In this document: one piece after another, positions 1-11,511 of the stretch
Layout: the number at the start of each line of letters is the position of its first letter
Position numbering within the stretch: the stretch's first letter is position 1
Assembly (NCBI GenBank): GCA_034226945.1
Contig: CP120463.1
Location: 1-64,000 of the forward strand
Length of the DNA stretch: 64,000 nt
Reading direction: 5' to 3'
From: Picochlorum sp. SENEW3
Lineage: Eukaryota
Made by a program: the position numbers and the translations under genes
The notes under the pieces: model-generated
The model's input: only the letters and a program-made list of their open reading frames with translations
Databases searched by the model: none
Told to the model about the DNA's origin: nothing

Positions 1-1566
1 TACATGGCCATGGAAATGTCAATCTAGTGCCTATGTTTCACAGGATTATGGGCGATCAACTTACTCCGATCATGGCGTACAAGGCTCTCGTGCAGAGCGA
101 CGACAGGGATGCTCCGTCATTCCTGTTCGAGTCTGTTGTAAATGGCACTCAGCAAGGGAGATACAGTTTTGTGGGTGCTCGGCCTCAGTTGGAAATCATA
201 GTAAAGGGACATCATGTCCAAATCTTGGACCACGGCAAAGTACCAAGGAAGAGATAGAAGACTGCTCTGATCCGTTGGAGATTCCGGAAGTTTTGAGTCG
301 TGACTGGCATCCGATCGTTCCAGAAGATTTGCCTAGAGTATTCACTGGCGGTTGGGTGGGCTATTGTGGGTACGATACGGTGAGATACGTGTATGAGGGC
401 AAGTTGCCATTCAGCAATGCCCCAAGGGATGATCGCAACATCCCAGATATGCATTTGGCGTTATATTCGGAGACAGTCCTCTTTGACCATGCAACTAAAT
501 TAGCATATGCTGTATCTTGGGTCCGATTGGATGAGTTTGATAACCTGGAGCGCATATGCTCACGGACAAAGAAGACTTGCATCCCTGACAGCCCAGCTGC
601 AGGAGCGTCCAGACTTGGCTGTCGGGCAGGTGGATTTGTCTACAAGAGACCCGAGCCTAAGAATTCCAATTTTACAGAAGACGAGTTCATGGAGGCGATT
701 GCGGAGACGAAAGAGCATATTTTGTCTGGGGATGTGTTTCAGTTGGTGTTGTCACAGCGCTTTGAAAGAACAACATTTGCTGATCCGTTTGAAGTATATA
801 GGGCCCTCCGGGTTGTTAATCCTTCTCCTTATATGGCGTATCTGAACTCGAGGGAGTCCATTTTAGTGTCATCGTCTCCAGAGATCTTGTGCAGGGTTGA
901 AGAGAGCAGGAGGGTGACCAATAGGCCACTTGCTGGTACACGTAGGCGAGGTTTGACCCAGTCTGAGGATGAGGAGTTGGAGAAAGATTTGCTACAGGAT
1001 GAGAAGGAATTAGCAGAGCATGTAATGCTCGTAGATTTGGGTAGAAATGATGTAGGAAAAGTTGCACAGGCTGGAACAGTGAATGTGGACAAATTGATGG
1101 AGATAGAAAGGTATTCCCATGTTATGCACATATCTTCGACTGTGACTGGGCAACTCAAACCAGAGCTATCGTGCTGGGATGCTTTGAGCGGCCCTGCCAG
1201 CTGGAACCGTGTCAGGAGCCCAAGGTGAGGGCTATGCAGATTTTGGATGAGCTGGAGCATTCCAAGCGAGGGCCATACGGGGGAGGTTTTGGGCATGTTT
1301 CGTTTACAGGAGGGATGGATATGGCCCTGGCATTGCGCACCATGGTCATTCCAACAAAAGAATCGTGCCTGTACAAATATGATGATCAAAGCATGTCTGC
1401 CAGGCGGGAATGGACCATTCATTTGCAAGCAGGGGCAGGGGTTGTTGCCGATTCCATTCCAGAGAATGAATTCGAAGAGACAGTGAACAAGGCTGCCGCT
1501 CTTGGCCGGGCCATAGATCTGGCTGAGAGTTCCTTCATTCACCCTCTCCAGAGAGATAAAAATTGA
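1..1566 (+). CDS. trpE: Anthranilate synthase component I (alpha subunit), 5'-partial, frameshifted
   Basis: Motifs spread over consecutive ORFs: LTPIMAY, FLFESV, GRYSF, FTGGWVGY, DVFQLVLSQRF, NPSPYM, SSSPEIL, RPLAGTRRRG, EHVMLVDLGRND, YSHVMHISS, LQAGAG. The frame changes near 250, 560-650 and 1190-1220. Confidence 0.95.
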
Positions 1567-1764
1567 TCGAGCATGCCCTGTCTTTCCCGAAGACTCGCCG
1601 TAACAGATCCTATCAATTATCTTGATAATTTATCTGATCATCATCAAAATAATCATGTAAATTGTACAGTATTTTCTTCTTTTTCCTACCCGGTTTTTTA
1701 TGTCTCAATTAAGGAATTCACGAAATCCATTAATAGTAGTCAAAAAAAACCAATTTGACCGATC

Positions 1765-1871
1765 GGTCCTATGGCCCAATGGATAAGGCGCCTGTCTACG
1801 GTGGAATGAGGTTTGACGTGCCCTCTGCAGAAGTGAACAGGAGATTCCAGGTTCGATCCCTGGTAGGATCA
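1765..1871 (+). tRNA. tRNA-Arg(ACG) with a 34-nt canonical intron (1802-1835)
   Basis: Acceptor stem GGTCCTA/TAGGATC; D-arm GCC..GGC; anticodon stem CCTGT/ACAGG with ACG at 1798-1800; intron after position 37; T-arm CCAGG-TTCGATC-CCTGG; TTTT at 1884-1887. Confidence 0.95.
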
Positions 1872-1888
1872 TTATTCCGATTATTTTA

Positions 1889-2772
1889 TCAGGACCACAT
1901 CTTACAGATGTTGGTGGAAAATTTTGATAGAAAAGACGCAACTATGCTCCCATCAACAAGTCTGTGGTCCGCAGCAACACTAACATCCATGGACTTTTTG
2001 CTGCCGTCGTCAGTAATCTTCCCCAAGGTAACTATGGAACATTGGCCTGGCTGGATGCATGCCAGTCCAGCCTTTATACCGAGTGAGCCAATATTGCTAA
2101 TGGTGATGGTGCTTCCCTCAATGTCCTGCTTGGTAGCTGGCGATTTATGGCCTTCTGTTTCAGGAGTTGAATCTCTTGGCCAATGTCCTCAACACTCTTG
2201 TCCTGTGCACTGTGAATGCATGGAACAGCTAGGCCCTGTGGAGTATCTATAGCAATTCCAACGTGAACTTCACCGGGAATCTCAATCGAGTCTGCATTTT
2301 GCACAAATTTTGCTTGCATCTGAGGCACTTGTCGCACAGTTTTGCAAGGGCATGTACTGCATGGGCTGTAATTGGTTTAGGAATGCTCCGGGGCAGGGCC
2401 AAGGTGTCAAAGGCATAGCAGTGTGGAATGGTCGCCGATATTTCCATGGATTTCACCATGGCTCTCTGATACCCTCGTAATGGTATACGATGCGTATCAT
2501 CACCGTAGTACTCCACAAGAGGCTGTCCCACAGCAACGAGGCCTCCTTCTGGGCATGACACCTTGTGAATCACACCCGAAAGATACTGGTGACATCCACT
2601 GTTGCCTTGTCGGATTGTACGCGGCAGAGCATATCATACTCTTTCACTGTATCTCCCGGTTTGACAAACCATTGTACCACCTCACACTCTTTGATACCTT
2701 CTCCTGTCTGGGCCAAGTTTTGTGTGAGGAGGCTTGAGTAGCGGCCGTCCAGTTCTAGAGCGCTCGAAACAT
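1889..2772 (-). CDS. Compact dihydrolipoamide acyltransferase E2 (branched-chain 2-oxoacid dehydrogenase type), frameshifted
   Basis: Lipoyl domain GEGIKECEVVQWFVKPGD..VQSDKATVDI; catalytic-domain motifs IPLRGYQRAMVKSM, VHVGIAIDTPQGLAVP, GTITISNIG, AADHRLVDG; TGA at 1889-1891. Start is approximate. Confidence 0.85.
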
Positions 2773-2872
2773 TTTAGAATGTACTTTTATTTGTTAGAAA
2801 TGCGCTTTGAGCAATGCACGATACATATGATTGGGCAGAGGCAAGATGACTTGTCATCTGCATTTGGACCAG

Positions 2873-4117
2873 TCAACTCCTTCTAGGAACTCGACTGCCT
2901 CGAGTGAAGCACTGGCAAACAGGACAGGTGAGAGGAGTGTTCCGAAGCAATGCATTCTTCTCCTCCACGTTGTAATCCAAGGCAGGAATTCCACGTTCAA
3001 ATTGGGCCAAAACGTCATCAACATTCAAGAAAAACTGAGGGTTTGTAAAAGCCGTCCAATGCTTTTTTGTCTTGAGGCATTCTGAATCAAAATCCTTTGA
3101 GATTACGTGCATATGGAGCTGTGACAGTGACGGAGAACTGTGAAAACCCATCTGATACATGTTCTTCTGTTTCATTTGTTCTATTGTTGCATCGGTTAGG
3201 GTCGAAAGTACCTGGTATGAGATTCAAAGGGCCTTCCAACGATCCACACCTTGCTATGGCCAAATAGTTTTAGGGTAGTTTTGTTTTTTTGCCTTTGGAA
3301 ACTTGTCCGAAATGACAATACACTCCTCATCCGAGAACAATGCTTCCTGAGGAACAGATGAAGTATATTTCACAAAAGTATCCCATCCTCGAAATCTGCC
3401 AAAGGTGTGCTCGTTTGAGGAGGACGGCAATGTTTTCTTGCTCTTCTTCCTCTGTGACATCAAAATCTGGAACGCATCCCGACGCCCCTTCCTATGCACT
3501 TTCGTATCAACATGTAATATCCCAGTATCTTTAAATTCTTTGTTGACCGCAATGAGGTGATCTGCAAAGGCAAAAGCGTGCTCATCACATGTAAATGTCA
3601 CCACAGAATCAAAATCTTCTTCCACATCAGGCCTCTGCAACCCCTTGCTGCTCTGATGGACTACTGGATAAGCTCCTCTTCCCTGCAAACCACTCTCATG
3701 TGTTTTACGATCACCTGCTCGTTTCGCACAAAATTTGGCAGGCATGTCCCAGAAGAGTGCCAGGCTCTTTCCAACAGTTCCTCCCTGAGCCCTCTTGATT
3801 TCATCCGTCCAGATGCGACGCTGCTCCTTTGACAAATTTGTCCTATCAACTACTACGAATCTAATCCTTCTCTCAGATGCATTGCCTAAAGCCTTTCCCT
3901 CGGGCCCTTCCCTGTCCGAAAGGGCCCTGCGAAACACACAAAGGCACTTTTCCCGCGTACCCAGAACATCTTGGCATACCCCTACCACCTCTAACGAATT
4001 ACATTGTTCTAATCGAGATCTAAAGGTCGTCTTGCCGCTTCCTTGTAGACCTACGAGCACCAAGACAACCACGGCTGTCTCTCCCTTGTGCTTTTCAGCA
4101 CCAGCAGACGTCTCCAT
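2873..4117 (-). CDS. APTX: Aprataxin-like protein with N-terminal P-loop (AAA_33/PNK-like) kinase domain, frameshifted
   Basis: Walker A GLQGSGKTT and VVVDRTN; then IISDKFPKA and the HIT-type GFHSSPSLSQLHMHVISKDFDS..KTKKHW motif; C-terminal CPVC zinc knuckle. The 3' end is approximate. Confidence 0.85.
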
Positions 4118-4189
4118 AGAATGTATGAATGCTCTTACATGAAGATGAAATCATTTGTATTGAATATTTATAGATAGACGCGTATATCC

Positions 4190-4750
4190 TCATTGCTCGG
4201 TTGGCAAGCCCTGCCCACACCACCCTGAAAATCCCTCAGTCATGTCGATCAAGTTTCTGTAGCCAGCATTCACCAATAACGTCGTCGCAGCATCCGATCT
4301 CTTTCCACTCAGGCATCCAACGCACAACTTCACTCCCTCTTTATCTGGAAATCGCTCCTCAACTGCCTGGACAAATGCCTCATTGGGAACCATTTGCTGG
4401 TTTTCATCCTTTACCCAGACTGGAACGTTGACAGAGCCTGCAATGTGTCCTCCAGCGAATTCTTCGGGGTCCTGACATCGAGATATTTAAAACCAGAATT
4501 GATCAAATCATAAGCCTCTTTGCAAGATGCTGTCGGTACCCCTGCAGAACCTCCAGACGGTGTGGCACCGCAGAAAAAGAGGAAAATCTCTGAGAATTAA
4601 CATCGATCAGCATGCACAGGGACTGTGATGTCAATGCATTTTATTTAATGAGTTTGTATGCAGCATTTGGGTAGGGTTTGAGACCCTGCTGCAGCCAGTT
4701 CGCAACTGTCCCAGAGTTGGAGCGAGTCGAGTCAAAGCAACTCTCTGCAT
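4190..4750 (-). CDS. Single-domain rhodanese/thiosulfate sulfurtransferase
   Basis: YLDVR..EEFAGGHIAGSVNVP and active-site loop VGCLSGKRS..GFSGW. A probable transit-peptide exon starts at ATG 4750 with an intron acceptor near 4542; exon structure is uncertain. Confidence 0.8.
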
Positions 4751-4843
4751 TGTTCTTTTACACACGCTTGCAGGCTCTGCACTGAATAATTTAATAGAAT
4801 TTGGTACCCAGCACATGTGGGTTGATGAATCTATCTGATGGAG

Positions 4844-7298
4844 TCAGGCGAGATCATCCAGAGATGCTGCCAGAACATGGAGATCCCTTTGTTTCTTCTC
4901 TCCTTGTGAAGCATTTTTCTGGTCTGGTGCCTGCAACTCCGCAACTGCTTGCTTCATCTCGCCTTCGATTATTTCTTTCATGGCATTCTGGGCCTCATCT
5001 ATTGATGGCTCTTGGCCTGGGCCGAATGTGTCCTGCAGCTTTGACCTCATTTCCTGCAACTTCTTCTGCTTATTCTCTTCCTCCTTCGACTTGCGCTCCT
5101 GCTGTAAGCTTTGAAACGAGCCATAAGTCTTCTAGATTTTCGACGACAGGCACGCCAGGATGAGATTTGGAATAGTTGTCCTCTGGGGATTCGGTTTCAT
5201 CATCAGCGCTGTCCCACCCAGCAACGTTGCCATCTTGCATGTACGATTCCATTGCAACTTGCTCCCAAAATCTATTGGTATCCGGAATTGTAGTAGAGTT
5301 TTCACCTTGATCTTCCTGGCTGACGGCTGCCTTTTGTCCATTGCTCACATGGACTGAGAATGGTGTCCCTGGCACAGCAATGCCCTTTTCATTTTCAATG
5401 TGCAGTCTGTAATAGCCTTCCTCCTCAGGCGCACTATAGGAGCATAGAAGCCTTCCATCACCAGTAGGAATACAGTCGACATGCTTTTCTGACAGACTGC
5501 CCTCTAATCTGAAGCTCAGCCTGATTAAATCCTGCCATTGATGGCCTGAGCAACAATTTCCAAATTTGTCACGAATCAAAATCTCAAACTTTGCCTCTTG
5601 CCCGCATGTAGCCCATGCTTTCCCCTCTCCTCGGATCAAAGATGTCTTGTAGCAAGGCGCACCAGGGAGCAGCCTCACTGGATATGGGGAATCCGCAACG
5701 TGCTCCTGCCCAATCTCGGTCAACACACTCAGTTCATACACGCCTGAAATCTCGGAACAGTACGTCACCTCATACGTCCCATCATCATTATCCGTCACGT
5801 GGCCGGTAACTGAAACAATCTCATCCTGTGGAATATCTGGATTCCCGCATTCGCCATGCAAAACAAGCTGGACTTGGAATGCGTCCCCTCCGTTCAGGCG
5901 TCTGTTGCCTTGGGCATCCCTTCCCTGAATCATGAACTTGGCAACATTTCCAACTTCGGCCCTTACAATTCCTGCCCCAGCAATCCTTGTTCGCTGGGGA
6001 TCAGCTGCTGTCTGAACCCATCCGTCGTCTTCCCACTCCCCTCGAAACTTAGTGCCATCCTTGAACTTGCATGTGCCTCTTCCATGCCTCTTATCATCGA
6101 CCCAATCTCCAACATACACATCCCCGTTATCATATTTACATGTACCTCGACCATGTCGGTTTCCACGCATCCATTCCCCTTCATACGCGGTCCCACTGTG
6201 ATACTGCATCCTCCCTTTCCCATCCTTTTCCCCTTCCCTGAATTCCCCCACGTACTTGTCCCCAGACTCAGCCATGAGAAATCCCTTTCCATGCATGCGG
6301 TCATCTTTCCACTCACCCTGATAGAGAAATGAGTCGCGCTTAAGTATCCCTTTTCCACATCTGACCCCATTCATAAATTCTCCTTCGTAAACTGATCCAT
6401 CTACATAGATGCATGTGCCCTCCCATGTGGCGCATCATCTTTGAATTCCCCATCATACTTGCCGAAACTCTTTATATAAAGCATGCCCTTACCGTGCCGA
6501 GCCGCGCCCCGCCATTCCCCAACATATTCCTCCGATCTATCATGTGATGCAAACTTGCCATGGACTCTCTCACCTGCATCAAAACCCTGGAAATATGACC
6601 CATCGGCATTCGTCCATCTCCCCTCTCCATGAATCTTATCATCCTTCCATTCACCTTCATACCAATCTCCATTGATGAATACCATCTTTCCCCAACCGCT
6701 TCGTGACCCCCTTCAAAGTCGCCTTCATACACCCCCATTGGGATACGTGCTCTTGCCCATCCCATGGGGGTTTCCAGCGACAATCCCCATCATAGGTGCT
6801 TCCATCTGGCATCTTTGCCCGTGCTTTTCCCTCAACGACATCGTATCGAAACTCTCCTGAGTATTCAGCCCCTGTTGCATCCCGATACATGCCCCTGCCA
6901 TGCCTCATCTTCCCCAGCACTTCGCCCTCGTAATACACGCCATCTCCGTATTCGATCCTCTCCTCTCGAATCTGGAAATCTTCTGGGCATGTAAATCCTT
7001 TGGCCAGAGCCTCTGCTGACAGCTCAACACCACCCATCTCCCGTTGAGAAGATGCCATCTCCACCTCCAGCCGAAGCCTTTCGACGCTCCTCCTCACCTC
7101 CTCCCTCACCTCTGCATACTGCACAGTATCCTCACTCTTGCTCGCATCATATGTCATTGTATCATCAGTGACGTCACTGATATCCACCTTGCTGTCGCCA
7201 GTACGCCGTTTGACTCGGTCAATTCCACTCTCTGGCTGATCCACCCCACGGCGCCCTGAAGATTGCATCCTGTTAACAAGTGTGTCTACGTTCACCAT
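4844..7298 (-). CDS. MORN-repeat protein with filamin-type Ig repeats, frameshifted
   Basis: Many YxGxWxxxxxHGxG MORN units across ORFs 6657-7298, 6401-6685 and 5070-6374. Filamin motifs include G.G...A.VG..A.F.I..RD..GN, DNDDGTYEVTY and V..SPY.V. Confidence 0.85.
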
Positions 7299-7942
7299 TT
7301 TTCTTAATATTATCTCACTAATCTATCATTGCTTTAACACGGACTACGGTGGCGTGGAACCATTTAAAAAAAGTTTGACCATACCCCTCCGCAAAGTTGG
7401 CCGGTCACAATCAGCCTCTGATAGGATGTTTGGGCATAAACTCTCTTGTGCCCTCTGGCCTCAGAATGACGATCCTAGATTGCACATTATTGCGTGTAGT
7501 GGGTTAAAACGAACCAAATCTTTGTAACGCTGCAGAAGAGTGGGTCTCAGTGATGTGGAGGACCAAATCAGCAACAGATCTCCTCTCGAGCACGCGGCGC
7601 CAGATCTGACGTCATGACCAACTTCCGCTGCACCGACTCTCAATTTGTGTACATACTAAAAAAGCCACGTTCTTTCACCTCATTTGCTTATTCAAGTCGA
7701 TAGTATCTCCGGAAGTCGTGTTTCGGAGGTACCATTGCTGCTTGGGAAGTACGATTCTCTGGGATCACGGGGAGGTTTGAGCATCACACGTGGTCCGATC
7801 TGCGCAACTTTGTGTGTTGAAATTGGAACTACAGTGGCATTTTTCATTAGTTCTAGTTCAAGGGAACGAGCAATAAGGCATATCCTTGAAGGCGCAGGAA
7901 GAAGAGAGCCGGTACGTCTCTGACAAGCCTGCCTACGTGGTG

Positions 7943-7958
7943 GAGAGAGAGAGAGAGA
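7943..7958. repeat. (GA)8 microsatellite just upstream of the carboxypeptidase start
   Basis: GAGAGAGAGAGAGAGA read directly, about 40 nt before ATG 7999. Confidence 0.9.
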
Positions 7959-7998
7959 GGTAGCACTGTTCTGAACGAATAGACGTATAAATTGTCAA

Positions 7999-9396
7999 AT
8001 GAAAAAGCCGAGTGTTGTGGAGATGGTTGGGTGCGTATCGCACTCTGTCAGACTGCTGCTGCTTTGGGTGGTAGTAGCCACGGTAGTAGTCGCCCATGGA
8101 GAAGGGAATAAAGGTCTTCTGGCGTATTTGGATGGTGATGCCATACGAATGAAAGAGAGATTTGAAAACCTCACCTATGGAGACGTGACAGAGTCATGGG
8201 AGGGGTATGTGCCCCCCAAGGGATTCTCCTTGGGAAGGAAGAACAGGGATGATGGTACTACCAAGACGCCTTTGGAGTTTGTGACAACACGATATCTAGA
8301 TAGCGAAGAGCTGCATGTGCATATGCTGAATTTCGCTTCCAGATGTGGCGATATCGCGCGACTGGTGCAGATTGGCAGGTCTGTCAAAGGCCGGCCTATT
8401 GAGGCACTGGAGATATCCAACACCTTGGATAAGGGACTCAAGGATGGCAAGCCTCATGTGAAAATAGTCGGAGGAATTCATGGGGATGAGACTGTTGGAA
8501 GGGTGGTTTCTATGGGAGTTGCAGAGTGGCTATGTGAGAAGTATGAATCAGATCCTACTGCGTCTGCTATTGTCTCTGGGGTGCATACATGGGTGCTTCC
8601 AGGGATGAACCCAGATGGATTCGAGGCTAAAACAAGATGGAATGCGAATGGCGTGGATTTAAATAGAGATTTTCCCGATCGCTTCGACGACGAAGGGATG
8701 ACGAGTAACACATTAGGGAGACAACCTGAGACTGTGGCAATCATGGGATGGACACAGGATTATCCGTTTGTCTCTAGCCTTGTGTTTCACGGTGGCGAGT
8801 TGGTGGTTAGTTATCCCTTTGATGGCACAGCTGATGGGAGAGCACATTATGCAAAGAGCCCTGATGACGAAACATTCAGGTACCTGGCCAGAGAATATGC
8901 TGAGAATCACAGAGTCCTGAGCAGCTTCCGTCAGAGACAATTTCCTGGCGGCATCACAAATGGAGCTGCTTGGTATCCGATCTATGGAGGTATGGGTGAT
9001 TGGAATTATTTGATGGAGCATGTATACGAACTGACCATCGAGGCAGGCAAGACAAAATGGCCAAACTCAAAGATGCTGCCAGGCCTCTTTGAGGATAACA
9101 GGAAATCTGTCTTGGAATTCATCAAAACCACTGCATTCAAAGGGATCAATGGCGTTGTTCGGACGAAGAATAGAAATGGATCAAAGCGGGCTTTGAAAGG
9201 TGCCAAAGTTTACATTGATGGATTGGATTCCTACGTGATCTCCACAGAGAGAGGACAATTTTACCGCCCTATTGCCCCCGGAACATATACTGTCTTGATT
9301 GAAAAACGTGGATATAATACTGTGGTGGAGGAAGTGAAGTGTCCTTTAGCAAACGCTTCGAAAAGGACAAAATTCAACCTTGTGAAGTTGCAATAG
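7999..9396 (+). CDS. Secreted zinc carboxypeptidase, M14B (carboxypeptidase D/SOL1-like)
   Basis: Signal peptide; zinc and substrate motifs IHGDE, MNPDG, RWNANGVDLNRDFPD, FHGG, GITNGAAWY, ELTIE; C-terminal transthyretin-like domain. Confidence 0.93.
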   Translation: MKKPSVVEMVGCVSHSVRLLLLWVVVATVVVAHGEGNKGLLAYLDGDAIRMKERFENLTYGDVTESWEGYVPPKGFSLGRKNRDDGTTKTPLEFVTTRYLDSEELHVHMLNFASRCGDIARLVQIGRSVKGRPIEALEISNTLDKGLKDGKPHVKIVGGIHGDETVGRVVSMGVAEWLCEKYESDPTASAIVSGVHTWVLPGMNPDGFEAKTRWNANGVDLNRDFPDRFDDEGMTSNTLGRQPETVAIMGWTQDYPFVSSLVFHGGELVVSYPFDGTADGRAHYAKSPDDETFRYLAREYAENHRVLSSFRQRQFPGGITNGAAWYPIYGGMGDWNYLMEHVYELTIEAGKTKWPNSKMLPGLFEDNRKSVLEFIKTTAFKGINGVVRTKNRNGSKRALKGAKVYIDGLDSYVISTERGQFYRPIAPGTYTVLIEKRGYNTVVEEVKCPLANASKRTKFNLVKLQ

Positions 9397-9510
9397 AAAA
9401 ATGAATGTGAATCAAGTTTTGCTGATATATTAAGTCTTGTTTATTGTTTGTTGTAAATCTGCCGCAGTACATCACGCCCTACTGTCCAGGCGGCGCCGGT
9501 TACAGTAGAA

Positions 9511-10220
9511 TCAAGCCTTTCTGGCCACCTTTTCAGAAACCCAGAGAGGCTCTGGATTTTCAACTGCTGCATCTATCCTTGACTCCAATTCTGCCTCCGT
9601 CGCAATCCAATGCCTGCTTTGTTCCAATAGAACTTCTTTCCTGCAGGCATTAAAACATATCGATGTCTTAAAGGAAGAGAAAAATAAGGCAACATCAGCA
9701 TCACACATACCTCTTCTCCCGGAAGGCAGCTATTACTGACTGGCGTGTAAACTCCCTGCCCACATTCTCTATTCTTCTTTCAACCTTCTGCCTTCTAGCC
9801 TCTTCTATCTTCTGGAATTGGCCATCCAACTCCATCGCCATGCGCATTCCTTTCAGCCTGGGCTCTCGCCCTCTCCTCTTTTCTTGCTTCTTGAGCTCGA
9901 ATGAGTTTCTCCTTCTCCTCCTTCTCCTGTATTCTCTTGGAGTGCACTTCCTCATACCATTTCTTTCTCAAGTTGGACAAATCCCTCTCATACGCATTCC
10001 TTTCCCTCCCATACTCTATGGACGAGCGCCTGGTCTTCGTGTCCTCCGCACTTACTGCATCATCGGAGGGATATCGAGAAGAATAAAACGACCTAGATCT
10101 AAATACTGCTTCGACTGTACCCTTGATCCCTGCATCGGACAAGGCACGACCGACATTGTCTCCGTGGCGTTGGGTCACCACCTGTCGCAGCAATTTTCCA
10201 GCATGATGCCAACCACCCAT
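9511..10220 (-). CDS. Coiled-coil protein, possibly mitochondrial ribosomal protein mS26-like; intron ~9641-9710 and a frameshift
   Basis: Presequence-like N-terminus; long E/K/R helix; C-terminal SRHWIATEAELESRIDAAVENP resembles the MRP-S26 C-terminus; GT..AG intron signals. Confidence 0.45.
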
Positions 10221-10404
10221 TATTAAATCAATCAATTGTTCATCATTAAAGAACTCTTCAGAGGCAGGTGAACATGCATGACACTCGTTCCACATTGACA
10301 TCCTTTCCTTAAAAAGGCACAGAGACTCGCATGTGCATGGAAAGACGTCCAGAAAAGCACTGGCAAATTCCCTAAACCTAAATTATTTTGATTTTTCAAG
10401 GCAT

Positions 10405-11511
10405 ATGAAGTCGATGGTGGGGTATGAAGGCTTCATATCGGGTACAGTGTGGCGCATCTTACTGCTCATGACACTGCTGCCTGCTTTGGGAAGGGCAAGT
10501 CAGGGTGACCAAAGTGCAATCTATCAGTCCTGTCTTGTGGGATGTCGTAGAGGTGGATTACCAAACGGCGGTGTGGAAGATGTTGCACGGGGCGTTTCTG
10601 AGAGCCCATTTTGTGCTAGAGGAGATGATTCTGGTCACAGGTTGTCCAGGCTTGATGAATTCATTCTTCGTCGTATAATGCGGTGGGGTTGCGAGTGATT
10701 GCCGATATAAATGTATGTGGGAGATTGAGGGAGATAAGAGGCGTCAGGGCACCGCAGATGATCAGGACAAGACTGTGTACAAGTACCATGGGAAATGGCC
10801 ATTTGTGAGGATCTTGGGCATGCAAGAGCCAGCTTCAGTGGTGTTATCGTTGTTGAACTTGGGTGCTAATGTAAACTGTATATTATTACTACGGAAGTAT
10901 GTTTGGTCTATGGAACCTGCCACAGGTGTGGAGAGGATGGGTTTTAGCCATCGCTTCTTGTGGTATGGCCACTTTATTCTTGCAAGCAATGCATGGATCT
11001 GGTCGGCCGTCTTCCACAGCAGGGATACGGCAATGACCGAAAGATTAGATTATTTCTCTGCGGGCGCAGTGATGATTTTGATGCATACCTTAGTTTTAGC
11101 AGAGCCTTTTCTGACTTGCTTCAGACTTCTCAGACAAGTAGGATGCTATTTGCCGCTGGTCTGATTCTTTTCTATCTCCGTCATATGTACATGATGCATT
11201 ACGTCAAGTTTGATTATGGATACCATGTAGGTCTCTGTGTGGCAGCAGGGGTGCTGCAAAGTCTGGTTTGGATCGGATGGGCCATGTTTTCAAAACATGG
11301 CAAGCAGCATCCTGGAAGGAAATATCTATTGCTCTTTGTTGCTTGTGTTAATGCTGCGGTTTTCTTAGAAATATTGGATTTCCCACCGATAGTAGATCTT
11401 CTAGACGCCCACGCATTGTGGCATCTTGCAACTGTTCCTCTCGTCTATTGCTTTTTTGAGTTTGTCAAGAGAGATGTTGGGGGTTTCCATGTTGTTGGGA
11501 AGCAGAAATGA
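10405..11511 (+). CDS. PGAP3: Per1/PGAP3 GPI-remodelling phospholipase A2, frameshifted
   Basis: ASQGD..YQSC..C, KYHGKWPFVRILGMQEPASV..SLLN, NAWIWSAVFHSRD..TERLDY, LEILDFPP..LDAHALWHLAT. Confidence 0.93.

Noticed and set aside
829..1542. 237-aa reverse-strand ORF and similar short ORFs in the track
   Set aside because: These are antisense shadows of identified genes with no recognisable motifs.
10690..10720. TGA after GCE in PGAP3 as a selenocysteine codon, given the nearby tRNA-Sec
   Set aside because: The conserved DCRYKCMW continuation lies in another frame, and the TGA frame hits TAA within a few codons, so this is an indel.
11465..11511. Real coding overlap between DHX35 and PGAP3
   Set aside because: The helicase tail after APNF looks out of frame, so the overlap is probably created by an indel.
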